Below are positions 43,101-54,725 of a DNA stretch of 64,000 nt, piece after piece (positions within the stretch are counted from its first letter, which is position 1; every line of letters begins with the position of its first letter). The stretch is from Chlorokybus atmophyticus (taxonomy: Eukaryota > Plantae > Mesostigma and Chlorokybus algae), in contig RHPI01000026.1 of NCBI GenBank assembly GCA_009103225.1, positions 625,717-689,716 of the forward strand, written 5' to 3'. Position numbers and translations under genes: made by a program. The notes below the pieces were generated by a model, which worked only from the letters and a program-made list of their open reading frames with translations, did not search any database and was not told the DNA's origin.

Positions 43101-45944
43101 GATTGGGTCCTTCCCATGATACGTGACTGGCATGTGCTGTTCAATATGCAGCCTGTGGTGTTGAAGATCTTCTTTGACGCTGGTTTGGATTGCCTGGCCC
43201 CGAGTGCTGGCTTTGCCATTTGTACAGCACGCAATGCTCTTGTGGACGGGAGAAACTGGAAACGCAACAACTCGTTCCTCATGCAAGGCTTCGAGGCTGT
43301 GTATCGTGCACAGCTTGAAGCGTTTGAGGCTTCCGCTCACTACCAGCGTCACCTAGAGAGGTGGATACTCAACACTCACCCAATCTCTGCAGAGAATGCA
43401 GCAATCAGTTACCACACCGAATTTGTGGCCTATGGAGCTGCAAGAGCTGAGAGAGACAGCACATGGGCGCTCTGGTGGCATTTTACACAACGTGATTGCC
43501 TACCTTATGTTACTTTATACTTTGCCACCAGGACGAGTGATTGGCAGCTTTGTTGTGCATCCTTGAAGATGCTTGCACCTCTGGCCTTCGCCTGGGACAG
43601 GCCACATTATCAGAGGGTGTTTAGCAGTCACCTGACTGATCTGCGCACTTGGCCTGCTAGTGTTTTGCAACTGCTTGGTGATGGGCACTTTGCAGTGTCC
43701 AGCGGGAGATGGGCTGCAAGCGTAGCTTGCGACGAGGCTCATGAAATGGTGATCAACCGTGACCAGAAGCAGTGCATCAGCAGGCCCAGCGAGGAGTACC
43801 TGCGTCGCAAGACTCTGCACCTGACAACACGAGCTGCCAGCATGAAGAATTTGGACGCTCAAGTGCTACCACCTCCCAGACCACTCCCAGAGTGGGATTA
43901 CAAGCGGACACTCAGCACAGTGGCACACATGACAGACACCATCAACAGTGCCGCTCACTTGATGGTTGAACATGACCAGGAGCTGCAGCACCTGGTGCGC
44001 AAGGTGGCCGCAGAACCTGGTGCTGCAGCTGACCAAGCGCGACATTACACACTTGGGATCGAGGGATTCAGGGTTTTCATACAAAACAAGTATTGCAACA
44101 ACTAAGGCGTGGTCAAAGTGAAGCGGAACAACCTAAGAACAATGGCAACTATCAGTAAGAAGGGCAATAGTGCAAGAACTGCTAGAAGGGTGGCTAAGGA
44201 CCATGCACAAGTCATGCGAAAGCTCGCATCCAACGACCTACCTCCAGAACACTTGACTGCGAGGTACCTGGAGATACCTCAAGCATTCTTCAATGTGGAA
44301 GGCAACATGCGTTAGGGTAACAAGGCTGCATTTCTGGCTAAGCTTGCAGAGAGCAGTCCAAAAGCCTGTGCTGAGCGCTTTCCCACCAGCACTGAGTGCT
44401 ATATCACGGAGGGCATGTTCATCATACAACAAGCGCCTGCAGACACCATCATTATCTATGGAGACTACCTGCAGCAGTTGGTGAGAATACACCTGCGTCC
44501 TCGCTTCGCTGCTAATAGCATTCGGGAAGTGCATATCGTATTTGATGACCCACGGCATGCAACGGGCGTCAAATCCAGCCTGCAGGCTAGAAGAGACGCC
44601 ACTTCTGTTAATGACACAGACAGGATTGTGATAGGATTAGAGAAGGCACTGCCAGGGAGGTGGCGCCAGCTGCTGAACAACCGTAATGCCAAGCGCGAAC
44701 TGTGCAGCCTGATCACCGAATACTTGCCAACTTATGCGGCGCAGTGGTTGCGCAATGGCCAGAAACTTATCCTGGCTGGAGGGAGCGACCACCCACAATA
44801 TCAGCAAGGTGCTCGAATTCTCCAACACATTGAAGACGAAATCAGCATTAGCCAAGACACTTCACTGGACTGCAATCACTGTGAAGCAGACAGTAAGGTG
44901 TGGTTCCATGTAGAGAACACACCTTGCAATCAGGTCGTTATCTAATCACCTGACACGGACATCACAATAGTTGGGTTGGCTGCTATGCAGCAAGGGCTAC
45001 TGCAGTCCAAACAAGTCTCAGTGCAGACCAGCCTCGAGAGGGCCTCCTCCACACGTCCACATTTCATCCACCTCAACCCACATCTACTGGGCCTGCGACA
45101 ACAACCGCAGTTAAGACACACACCAAGCCAAGCTGCAGGACATTACATCATGCTGTTTTTCGCTGCCACTGGCAGCGACTATACAAGCTACATTGCAGGT
45201 ATGGGAAAGGTGTGGCTCTGGCAAACAGTGGCAAGAACTGACGCATAATTCATTTCAAGAGACATGGCACTGCAAATACCTGAAGCAATGCTGTTGCGCT
45301 TGATGGGTTGTGCTTACTTTCGGAAGTATGCAAGACACTTCCAATGCCCCAGCCCAACAGCATTATTTCACGACACATGTGGTGCCCATGCAAGCAAACA
45401 TGACATACATACACTCACCCTTTGGTTAGCAGCCATCCACGATGCCACATGGCATACATTCTGGAAAGAAGAGGATAGAATGCCAACAGTGGATGCCATG
45501 TTATTTTACTGCAAGCGAGCATGCTGGGTGGTGAAGATGTGGCTGCAGGCTCCACGACAGCACTTGATGACAACACCGTTGTCAGAGCATGGTTTCACAC
45601 AGCAAGACAACTTGTGGACGGCACAGCTAGACACACCAGAGAACATGACAAGCGCTCGAGGACGGAGACTTCTTTTATTGAAGGGGTGTGGCTGTTCGAA
45701 GACGGCGTGCAGCAACAACCAATGTCGTTGCAAGCGTGCTGGGCTTCCCTGTACTAGCAGCCGCAAGTGCACGCAATGCAACAACAGACACAAAGCAACT
45801 CCAGCACCACCACCACCAGTGGCACCATCCATGCCCAGAGTGCAGACACAAACCCAGTACCAAGACCGCATGTATGACCTTGATTCCTCGTCGTCCTCCA
45901 GCGATGAGGAAGACGAAACCCTTAAAGATAATGCAGAAGAGTAA
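40127..45944 (+). pseudogene. Academ transposase: transposase core, XPG/PIN-like nuclease and Cys-rich CXC domain; N-terminal introns and several stops
   Basis: Core: IAGDQKTY...WVLPMIRDWHVLFNM and VACDEAHEMVINRD. XPG-like motifs: GMFIIQ, VHIVFDD, HCEADSKVWFH, SPDTDIT, FAATGSDYTSYIAGMGK (H3TH-like). C-terminal GCGCSKTACSNNQCRCKRAGLPCTSSRKCTQCNN. This architecture matches the Repbase Academ description (transposase + XPG + Cys8). Confidence 0.82.
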
Positions 45945-46199
45945 GAATAAAACCCAGAACCAGAAGATGAGTATGCAGAAGACGACAGTGCTGCTCAGAG
46001 AGACTGGGAGACAAATGCAGCCAATGCCCAGGACTGGGTGGAATTGGTAGAAACCCTAGACCTTGAGGACTTAGACTGTTAGCACTAGAGATTGCTGTTA
46101 TGCAAGTGCTCCCAGCAGATGCTCATCCATGCAAAAGCATGTAGTATGCAACACTGCATGAGCACCATCATGTGCCCCCCCCCCCCCCCCCCCCCCCCC

Positions 46200-46272
46200 N
46201 NNNNNNNNNNNNNNNNNNNNNNNNNNNNNNNNNNNNNNNNNNNNNNNNNNNNNNNNNNNNNNNNNNNNNNNN
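46200..46272. other. Assembly gap (73 N) flanked by poly-C
   Basis: Directly visible. Confidence 0.99.
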
Positions 46273-47061
46273 CCCCCCCCCCCTGTCACTTGTTTGCACA
46301 AACAACGTCACATTATGCACAGTGCAAACTAACACATGCACGAAGGTCCGACTATAGTCCTGCACTGCACAACCAACACACGTAGTACACCTGCCTATAG
46401 CTGTCCCCCTCGAAGACAGGCCGACCGGGGGTACCCCGCATGGCCATAGCCGCCTACACCGCCGCCTCACCCAAAGCAACCACACACAGCCCAGCCGCCA
46501 CCTACGCCGCCGCCGCCGCCGCCGCCACCAACAATACGCACAGCAACAACAAAGACGACCCCAGCTATCGGCGACAGATTTTAAATTCTCCCAAGGCAGC
46601 AAACCCTAACACGCTGTGCACGCGCAGGCACAGGACGTCACAACACATCACACAAAAACACGTCACAATTCTGACACGAAGAGCACGACGAGTCACAGAT
46701 TGGCACACAATCACGCACACATCGTCACAACAGTGCACGCAGAGTCACACATGGCACATCACGTCATTTCATGCATACGCACACTCCGTCACATCACATC
46801 ACACACAATATCCATGTCACCGCGCAGCCCACGTCACTGAACGCATTGACACCGCCGGTTAATAAATGCCAGTGAAACCCTTCTGGGCCCACCGGCTGCA
46901 GAGTCAACAATCCGGACGCAATGGGAACCCCTCGGGCTGCTTGACTGTATATACATAGATGATAAAGAGTTGGCGCGCAGTGGAGGTCGAGGGACTCGAG
47001 AACGGCTGGTGACGCCGACAGAACTAACCAGTTAATGATTGAGGTTGTGCGGTGCATGTAA

Positions 47062-47180
47062 GGGGAATCACCCTCGTGCTTGCTAAATTCACGCGAAATC
47101 CCCCTCGAGCGGGAGCGAGACTCTCGCTCCCGCTCGAGGGGGATTTCGCGTGAATTTAGCAAGCACGAGGGTGATTCCCC
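47062..47180. repeat. Perfect palindrome: 59-bp arms with a 1-nt spacer
   Basis: 47062-47120 is the exact reverse complement of 47122-47180 (ggggaatcaccctcgtgc...gggagcgaga-C-tctcgctccc...gcacgagggtgattcccc). Confidence 0.97.
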
Positions 47181-47294
47181 ACGAATGTGAGCTTGAGGAC
47201 AAGCTGATAAGTAGAACGGAGAGAATTGTTATGAAGTGGGTAACTAGGGGTGCGGCTGGTTGGGCGGGCACACAAACACATCACACGCGCATTA

Positions 47295-47462
47295 CCGTGT
47301 TGCTCGCATACCCCCCTACAAACACAGCCCCCACAGCAAAATCAACGAGGGGGATACATTAGGGCACTATTTTGCCCGTAAAAGGGGGGTGTCAAACAAA
47401 GCCCCCCCCGAAAATCCATGGGGTGTTGTATTGGGAGGGGGTTTGTATTCGGGCAAATACGC
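47295..47462. mobile_element. Tc1/mariner (Tc2/Tigger-like) MITE
   Basis: TA|CCGTGTTGCTCGCATAC... at the left and ...GTATTCGGGCAAATACGC|TA at the right: degenerate TIRs with a TA TSD. Confidence 0.6.
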
Positions 47463-47642
47463 TACATCAAGGGCCATCAGTGGCCAATGGCTTGGCCATC
47501 ACATACGGCACCCGGCCTGCCTAGGCGGCGACTATCAGCTACCGGCCGTTCAATCTGTCCTGAACAGATCGTGAACGTCAAAGCACATCGCTACTTCATG
47601 TAATCGCTCAAAATATTTGCGAAAAAAATCTTTCATATCATA

Positions 47643-47821
47643 CCGTATTCACTCTGATAGAAGCCCCCCTCCTAATGCAGCCCCCCCCAGCAAAAAGGGG
47701 TGGGGGTGCTGTAAAACAATTGCCCATTTACGGGCATCTTTGCCCCTAATACAGCCCCCCTCGGCAAAAAGGGGTGGGGGGGCTGTAAATGAAGGGGGAG
47801 GCTTTATCAGAGTAAATACAG
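47643..47821. mobile_element. Tc1/mariner (Tc2/Tigger-like) MITE
   Basis: TA|CCGTATTCACTCTGATAGAAGCCCCC... at the left and ...GGGGGAGGCTTTATCAGAGTAAATACAG|TA at the right: ~50-bp imperfect TIRs with a TA TSD. Confidence 0.8.
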
Positions 47822-48730
47822 TATAAAGATTGATATATGATGTTTATACAATAATATCACATTAGTAATATACATGTATATGTACAAATTATATTACTAT
47901 CGGTATGTGTATTGTCATGCCTATCGCCCGGGCATGCCAGTCGTCATCGGGCATGCCTACAGCGAGACCCTCGCCCAGCTTACTAGCATGGCGACCCGCG
48001 CGCGTCTCTGACCAGTAGCTAGGTCATGTCTCTAGAGTAGCTCATGACCATAGCCTACATAGGCACCGCGCGTAGCTGTTCAGTGGTGAGTTCAGTTACA
48101 AGTTGGGTTCCATATCGAGTGGGGATTTCCTGTGGAAATAGCCTTGATATGACCGTTAGCTTGTGTTCTGGACAGTCATGAGTTGACTTGTATAAGTAGG
48201 CACAATGTTTACCGGATCAGCTGATGACACTGTAAGTGAGAAAGCTAAGAGCTTGTGACGCGACTTGAACTACGAAACACACCGTCCCGGCTCCCAAGAA
48301 TCCCCTCACCGTGTGAGAGCCTGTGCATGTTCTTGTGCACTGTGCTTGTCTTTGCTGTGAGCTTGTATACTTGGTCGCGGTGTGCTTGATGGCATCAGTC
48401 AGGGCATAGCATCCACGCGTTGCTTGCTCATTCACCTCACTTAACAGTGTAATTTCTCTTCCACTCATGCAAAGTACTGTAAACAGCACTACCTATAATA
48501 GTGGCTTGTTGACTTACAGTGTCACCCTCTTTGCTCAAGTGAGTGTACTGTAGTTGCAGGCTGCACATCAGCATCGCAATCTGTAGTTGTACACATCGCA
48601 GTGCATCGTTGTCACCGTCATCGCATAGCGCGCACAAGCGCTAGTGTGTTGGGTGATAGCAGCATTGGGGATCCCATTGTAGAGCACAAACACTCTACCC
48701 TTCATCCACTTTCACCATCGCATCAGCTGT

Positions 48731-50200
48731 ATGAGCAGGCCCACCCCTTTCTCGCCAATAGAAGAAGGGAACCTCAACAGCTGGAGCCCGACCTCCAACC
48801 TTACCTACGAGCGAGCAAGTGAAGGGAGCGATTACCGTAGCAGCAGAGGCTCACGCCCCGTCTCCGGCTTCACCTCCTCTCACTCCACTCCTCGACAACG
48901 AGCATCTCCACCACCGTCGGACAGTGACGACGAGGAGATAGAGCCTTCCAGCTCAACCAACTCCCTACGCTTCTCTGGACGCCCTGGCACCACCTCACTT
49001 GACGAGTGTATCATTAAGTTCCACTCCAGGATGCGGCAGCAAGCCCTCAAGAGCAAGGACTGGACAGATGAGGTATCGTTTCATGTGTCCGCTCCATACC
49101 TTAATCACGAAGCACATGGTGTGTGGAAGTCCGTCGCTGAGTTGCACAAGATTGATGGCTTTGGCGAATTGGCCAGCACGATATCCTCCACGTCACTGCA
49201 TAGCCCTTCGGTTACTGTCCCTGCAGCAGCGGCCCCGCCAGCCTCAGTCACGGGTCTCACTCTAGCTGCAGCCATGGAGAAGGCAGAGAATGAAGAAGTT
49301 GAGGTGGTAGTGGCCTCATTGACGCCTGCAGAGATCGAAAGCAAGCAGGCCGAGCGCCGGATCAGGATACTCAACCGCACCGCTGCCATCATCAGGGAGC
49401 AACAAGAGGAGCAGCAAGCTGCAGCATTGGAGATGGGTACGCCCCTGCTACCAACACCGAACTCGCGTGCTCCAGCGGGAGGCAATGTTTTCACCCTCGG
49501 CTCAGTGGCATTGCGTGCACCCGCGCTTATGGTGGGCGCGGCCATGTCGGACTCCCCGTTGAAGGACCTCTATGCCGCACTCCGGCGCACCTTCCCACCT
49601 CAAACCAACAGCAAGGTGGAGGAGTTGAGGCGTTTTCGACGGAAGCCCAACGAGGACCCTCTCCGACTGTATTCACGGTTGGAAGGGTTGCTTAAAGACA
49701 CTGATTACAAGATCGTCAGCGAGGAGGCGGCAGCGGTGGTGTATGTGGCCGAGTTGGATCCCACCTTGAGTGAGTCAACGCGCCTGACGCTGAACTACAG
49801 CAGGCCCCTCGGCTACACCCTTAAGGAAGCTTTCGAGACTGCACAAGCCATCCATAAGCGCGCAGTGTATGAGAAAGCGGTGCTGGACACCAACCGCAGT
49901 GCCTCGCGGCCTATGGCAGGCACAAGTGCAGAGCCTCTTCGGCGGTACCGCAGCCGAGAGCCGCAAGGTATCCACAACAAAGATAAGCGGTCAGCTCATA
50001 CTGCCCTTGTGGCTCCGGTGCTGTGCCACCGGTGTGGTCGACATGGCCACTACCAAAAAGAGTGCACCGAAGATTACGGCAACCTTGTGTGCGACTACTG
50101 CCATAAGACGGGACACTTGGAGACAGTATGCTGGCTCAAGTTCCCTGAGCTGCGGCCCTTTATTGGCTACAACAACGGCAACAACGCCGTTGGCTACATC

Positions 50201-50241
<41 letters not shown>

Positions 50242-51079
50242 CGGGGGCTATAACAACAGCAACCACGCTGGCGGCTACAACAACAGCAACAACGCTGGTG
50301 GTCGTAACAATGGCAACAACGCTGGTGGCCACAACCCCAACCACAACAACAACGCCGGGGCCCGCAAGGAAGAAGCTGGCTACAGAGGGAAAAACTGCCC
50401 TCCACAGCACAAAGGACCTGAGGGACGTCCTCGCGCTGAATCCGCTGCTGTAAAGGCACCAACCGATCCACCAGCTATTGACCAAGTGGCAGCCCTGATG
50501 GCGCGCGTGGCACAGCTGGAGGAGAACAAGGAGCAGGACTATCAAGCCTGCTATACTGCTAGGTGGGCACTGATGGCACCAAAACGGGATAGGGACACTC
50601 CCACGCCGTCACGCGTACAACCATCAAGACGTGCGCGCAGGGAAGCTGGCGCGTCGTCAACAGCGGCATCGTTGGACGCCACAAGTGGTGCTGCCTCGGC
50701 AGCCACAACCACTGCTGGGACGACGTCGTCGACGACACCGTTGGCGTCCACACCGACCACGACAGCAGGTGCCAGCACTCTTGGCAGCACGCTGTCCCCG
50801 GTGATGGAAAGCACCTACGCCGCAACAACCATGGTCGTTGGGTTCGTGGGTGGTGAGTCCACCACTCCTGCCTCCATCGAAGCGACTACATCGGCCGCAA
50901 CTGCTGCCACCCTCACAGCCGCCACCTCAGTAACGACGACTGCTGCAGGTGCCACCACCATCGCCTCCAGTAGTGCTGCCGCACCCACTGCACCACTTCC
51001 TGAGATTCGAATGGCACCGCCACCAGCACTTGACGTCACACAGCAAGTGCCACGCGGACCACAAGCAGAACGCGCCTAG
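48731..51079 (+). CDS. Gag: capsid-like region, two CCHC zinc knuckles, poly-Asn and a Ser/Thr/Ala-rich tail
   Basis: 782-aa ORF. LYAALRRTFP...KVEELRRFRRKPNEDPLRLYSRLEGLL is retrotransposon gag-like. Knuckles CHRCGRHGHYQKEC and CDYCHKTGHLETVC lie at 50024-50131. Confidence 0.88.
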
Positions 51080-52765
51080 GCGTCGGTTCTACACAACGTG
51101 GAGCCCACCACCATTGCGTACGAACCAGGGGGGCAACGCACCACGCGCGTGGCACGCGATGATTGCATCGTGCCCCTACCACCTCCAGAGTACCACACGC
51201 TGCCGGAACCCACACAACAGCAGCTAGAGGATGAAGTTCTCGCCGGCACTGCACCAGAGATGAGGGATCATCTCTTCGGGGTCACCTACCGGCGACCTGC
51301 AGTATTAGAGCTGGCCATTCAGTTGTTCTTGGCATTGCACGCACGATTGCAGGGCGCACCCAGTCAAACGCGGCAACCCATGCCCGCTCAACAGATCGAC
51401 TTCGAGCCCTCGCCACTGGACCCACTCGGACTCCAGCGCCACAAAATACAAGACCTTGGTGTCACCATGTCAGACATCGCGCTGGGCGCTGATCCCGCTC
51501 TCCGGGGGCTCACTCCAGGCAGTCGTCAAGAGCGTTTCTCTGCCCTCGAACAGGCACATCGTTATCAGGTGGACCAAGCTGCCCAAGTGAACGCGCGCCG
51601 ACAGGCGTACGAAGCAGCACACGCCGTTATCGTACCAACCGTAGCTCTGGCAAATGTTGCCAGCGCCTCCACGGCGCTGACCACAGGGTACTCCACGGTA
51701 GTCGCCATCGGACAGCCAAGACAAGCAACTGTTGCAAACCAAGCCATGTCGTTGGCGCAACAATTGAGGGGGGTAATCGCCCCGCTGCTGCCTCCTTTGG
51801 TCGAAGACATGCCTGAGGATCAACGCGATGAAGGGCGAGGGTACCTCACCCCTCAAGGGGACACCACACAACGAGGAGGAGCTGGTATGGTGGGGGAGCA
51901 ACAACTCCGTACCGCACTCATCCGGCAAGCAGTCATGTTGCACAGGCCTGAGGGCAACACATTAAGACAGATGATGGGGATGCAAGAGGGCAGCGCCGCT
52001 CGAGCCCGTCTCGTGACATGGCTCGTTGCCAATCACCCTGCTGTCCCCCTGTTTGCCTTTGGCAACCGAGCATCATGGTTGGGGGCATTCGTTCATTCGC
52101 TGCGACAAGCATACGACGAGGCTGCCACCACAGCCCCGGACACGCTGGAGGGAGTGCAAGAGGCAATGTTGCGGCTGCCAGGGGTGGAAGCCGCACGACA
52201 ACGGCGGCGCATCGCCATTGCTCATGAGCTACACGCACAGCAGACTGACCTCCAGCGCACCCTACGCGCGCGCCATGACTGTGCTCGATGTGGGAGTGGT
52301 ACAAGGAAGGTGGGATGCCTACATGGCAGGGATCTTGTCAGTCCCCACCATCACTCACGACATGCGGCGACAGCTACTACGCGCCGTATACCTGCAGCCC
52401 ATGCCTAAATATCATTATTGGACCGACATGGACACCGAGCCCACGGCCACGTGGGAAGGGACGTTGGTCAGAGAAGCGGCTCATGCTGTCTGATGGACAT
52501 ACGCCGCGGAGCAAGCTGAACGCGAGGCAGGCCCACAAACACCGGTCCGCCGAGGTTTCCTCCACAGCCATTGGGAACACCCGCGGGCATGATTCCATCT
52601 TCGCAGAGGCGGCATCCACCTGCGCCGCCACCACAACCAGCGCCGGAACCTACAGCACCGAGGCCCCCCCGTGTCTATCAACCACCATGACAAGGTCGGT
52701 TCGGCAGAGGGAGAGGGCAAGGAGGGGGTTCTCCGGACCCAGCAGGCAGAGAAGCTCTGGCTGCC
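51080..52765 (+). pseudogene. Unassigned coding region between gag and protease, in frame with gag across a single TAG
   Basis: The 436-aa ORF 51098..52408 is in the same frame as gag and as the protease ORF. Protein-like sequence continues in shifted frames to ~52765. I recognise no motif. Confidence 0.55.
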
Positions 52766-53200
52766 ATGCGCTCAGCATCCCCAGCTGAGAGAACTGAGAC
52801 AAAGGTGCAGACAGCTCGTCTGAAGAGGCTGCGCATCAACGCCAATGCTGCCATGGTGGCCAACCAAGGCAAGCACGTTCCCATAAACGGCCTGGCACCC
52901 AAGCGAGTGATGTTGGACACCGGAGCACAGCCTGTCATTATCGGGCGCTTCCTCGCGCGGTCCCTAGGCATAACCAGCTTCGACTTGGTGCCTTGCCCGT
53001 ACGTGTTGGACACTGCCACAGGTAGCCGAGATAAGGTGATGAGAGTCACCAGGGAGGCCTTTTGCATTCTGTTGACAGGGCTAGACCCAACCCACACTAC
53101 CGAGATCGTCCAGCAGTGTGTGGTCACCAATGCCGGCTCCTTCGACTTTTTGCTTGGGCAGGACTTCAACTTCCCTGTGGGCATGGGCCTCGACTGCTAG
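52766..53200 (+). CDS. Retropepsin aspartic protease domain
   Basis: VMLDTGAQPVIIG...FDFLLGQDF (D-T-G and hydrophobic-LG motifs), followed by an in-frame TAG at 53198-53200. Confidence 0.9.
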   Translation: MRSASPAERTETKVQTARLKRLRINANAAMVANQGKHVPINGLAPKRVMLDTGAQPVIIGRFLARSLGITSFDLVPCPYVLDTATGSRDKVMRVTREAFCILLTGLDPTHTTEIVQQCVVTNAGSFDFLLGQDFNFPVGMGLDC

Positions 53201-53647
53201 ACAGAGCGAGCGTACTTTCGGCCACATTGGGATGAGGACGACGGAGAGGTGCAGGGTTTCCTGCCTCTCCAATTGGTCTCGCGCACGCGCGCCCAATGCA
53301 AAGTGGCAACCGTGGCCACACGCAGCCACGCCCGCACACGGGAGGCTGCAACGGCCACATACGACGGCGCTCGGACGCAAGTCGCTGCTGGTGCCACGGC
53401 CCCGTGTCGAACCGTCGACTCCTCTCCCACCCCGTACAACGAGGAGCAGGAGGATGCCACCGTGGAAGTAGCATTACAAGACCCAGCTGAACGGCGCTTG
53501 CGCGCACAGGTAGACGCACACGTCTTGCTCAGCCATCCTCTGATCACCACGCGCTTCCCCAACTACCGAAGGCTCAACAAGGTGCAGGACCACAATATGG
53601 TGGCCACCGGAGTGGTGGAGTTCCACACCTTTCGCAGGCAACAGGGC

Positions 53648-54620
53648 ATCACGATGTTGGAGCTGTTTGAAGGCATTGGCAGTGGTCTTGCCGCGGTCCT
53701 CAACACGGGTGTGAAGGTTTCTAAAACTATTACTGCGACCCAGACCCACACGCGCAAACGGTCCTCAAGCACCACTTACGCCAACTGCACGAAAGGTATT
53801 CACGTCAACTCCCCCTCTCGGCGTTGCAAGGCAGCCTTAAAGCATTGCCACAAGACATCCGGCTGATCACCGAAGATCACCTACTGTCCCTTGGCAACGT
53901 CGACCTATTAATAGCTGTGTGGGAATGCCAAGGGCACTCCAGGGCAGGCAAGGGGCAAGGCCTCGAAAACCCTCGCTCGGGGCTGTTTTGGGAGCTAATG
54001 AGAATCATCCACCTCCTTCAACACCACCAGATCTCCAGACCCCTGGGGTACGTCGTCGAAAATGTGCATTCAGAGGACGACAAGCGTCCGCACGTGGTCT
54101 CCAGCTACCGACAAGTTTGCTCCATTCTGGGGCACCCACTCAAGGTGAACGCGGCACGACATGGCTCGCGCGCACATCGTGTACGTGCCAAGTGGACAAA
54201 CTTGGCCACCGTGGAGGAACTCATGACCGCTGAATACACGCGCAGCGCTCGGCCGCGCAACCTGCTAGTCGATGACATCCTTGACCCCGGCCGCAAAGCA
54301 CAACCTGTCCTGCGTCATGACCACCACCACTTCTACCCGTGCAATCAGCCCGGTCAGCCCCGTCGCGCACTCCCCACATTGGTGTCCTACCCGGGCTCCT
54401 ACGCAGTTCGGAACGGTGGTGACGGGATGGTGTTTGATGCGACCACCAACAGGCTGGAAGAACCCAACGCACGCGAACGTGAACGCGCCATGGGATTCTT
54501 CCCCAACAGCATCACGGGCTCATCGCTGACAGATAGTCAGCAATGCCAGCTGCTTGGCCGCGCCATGGACCAGAACAGCATGGTATGGCTGCTGGAGCTG
54601 AGCTTCGCATTGCAATACCG
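53648..54620 (+). CDS. C5 cytosine DNA methyltransferase domain within pol, with a 1-nt frameshift near 53725
   Basis: Motif I LELFEGIGSG (FxGxG, 53666-53680); motif II-like YYCDPD after the shift; motif III/IV PQDI...VDLLIAVWECQGHSRAG (Cys codon 53926-53928); motif VI YVVENV (54058-54066); motif VIII SRAHRVRAKW; motif IX ARERERAMGF; motif X LLGRAMD. These occur in canonical order. Confidence 0.92.
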
Positions 54621-54725
54621 CCACGTGTCCTTCGAGGATCTCAAACACTTGGCTGGGGGGTGGGCTGATCGCGAAGCCGCCACCAAGGCAGCTCACACAG
54701 CCGAGGTGGTCCACATGGAGGAGCC

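Larger units (their letters stand above)
39756..46898 (+). mobile_element. Academ (AcademX-type) DNA transposon, full length and decayed
   Basis: Perfect 21-bp TIR CAGCCGGTGGGCCCAGAAGGG (39756-39776) / CCCTTCTGGGCCCACCGGCTG (46878-46898). 4-bp TSD CAGA (39752-39755, 46899-46902). Sub-terminal TTGTGA/TCACAA motif arrays lie in opposite orientation at the two ends. Confidence 0.85.
39317..46947. mobile_element. Tc1/mariner-type MITE (~0.48 kb on its own), interrupted by the Academ element
   Basis: TA|CAGTCAAGCCCGAGGGG at the left and CCCCTCGGGCTGCTTGACTG|TA at the right: TIRs differing by a 3-bp indel, with a TA TSD. Confidence 0.8.

Noticed and set aside
47227-47245. Possible 3' LTR partner (TGTTATGAAGTGGGTAAC after a purine tract) of the 35139 LTR-like segment
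   Set aside because: Only ~14/18 nt match and no downstream similarity.
48225-48524. 13-bp inverted repeat TGACACTGTAAGT/ACTTACAGTGTCA suggesting a CACTA/CACTG MITE
   Set aside because: No TSD is visible, and the homologous copy at 10821-11044 lacks these ends.
53648-54620. Bacterial restriction-modification gene or contamination
   Set aside because: The domain is embedded in a Gypsy pol between PR and RT within intron-rich eukaryotic DNA, with no endonuclease or operon context.
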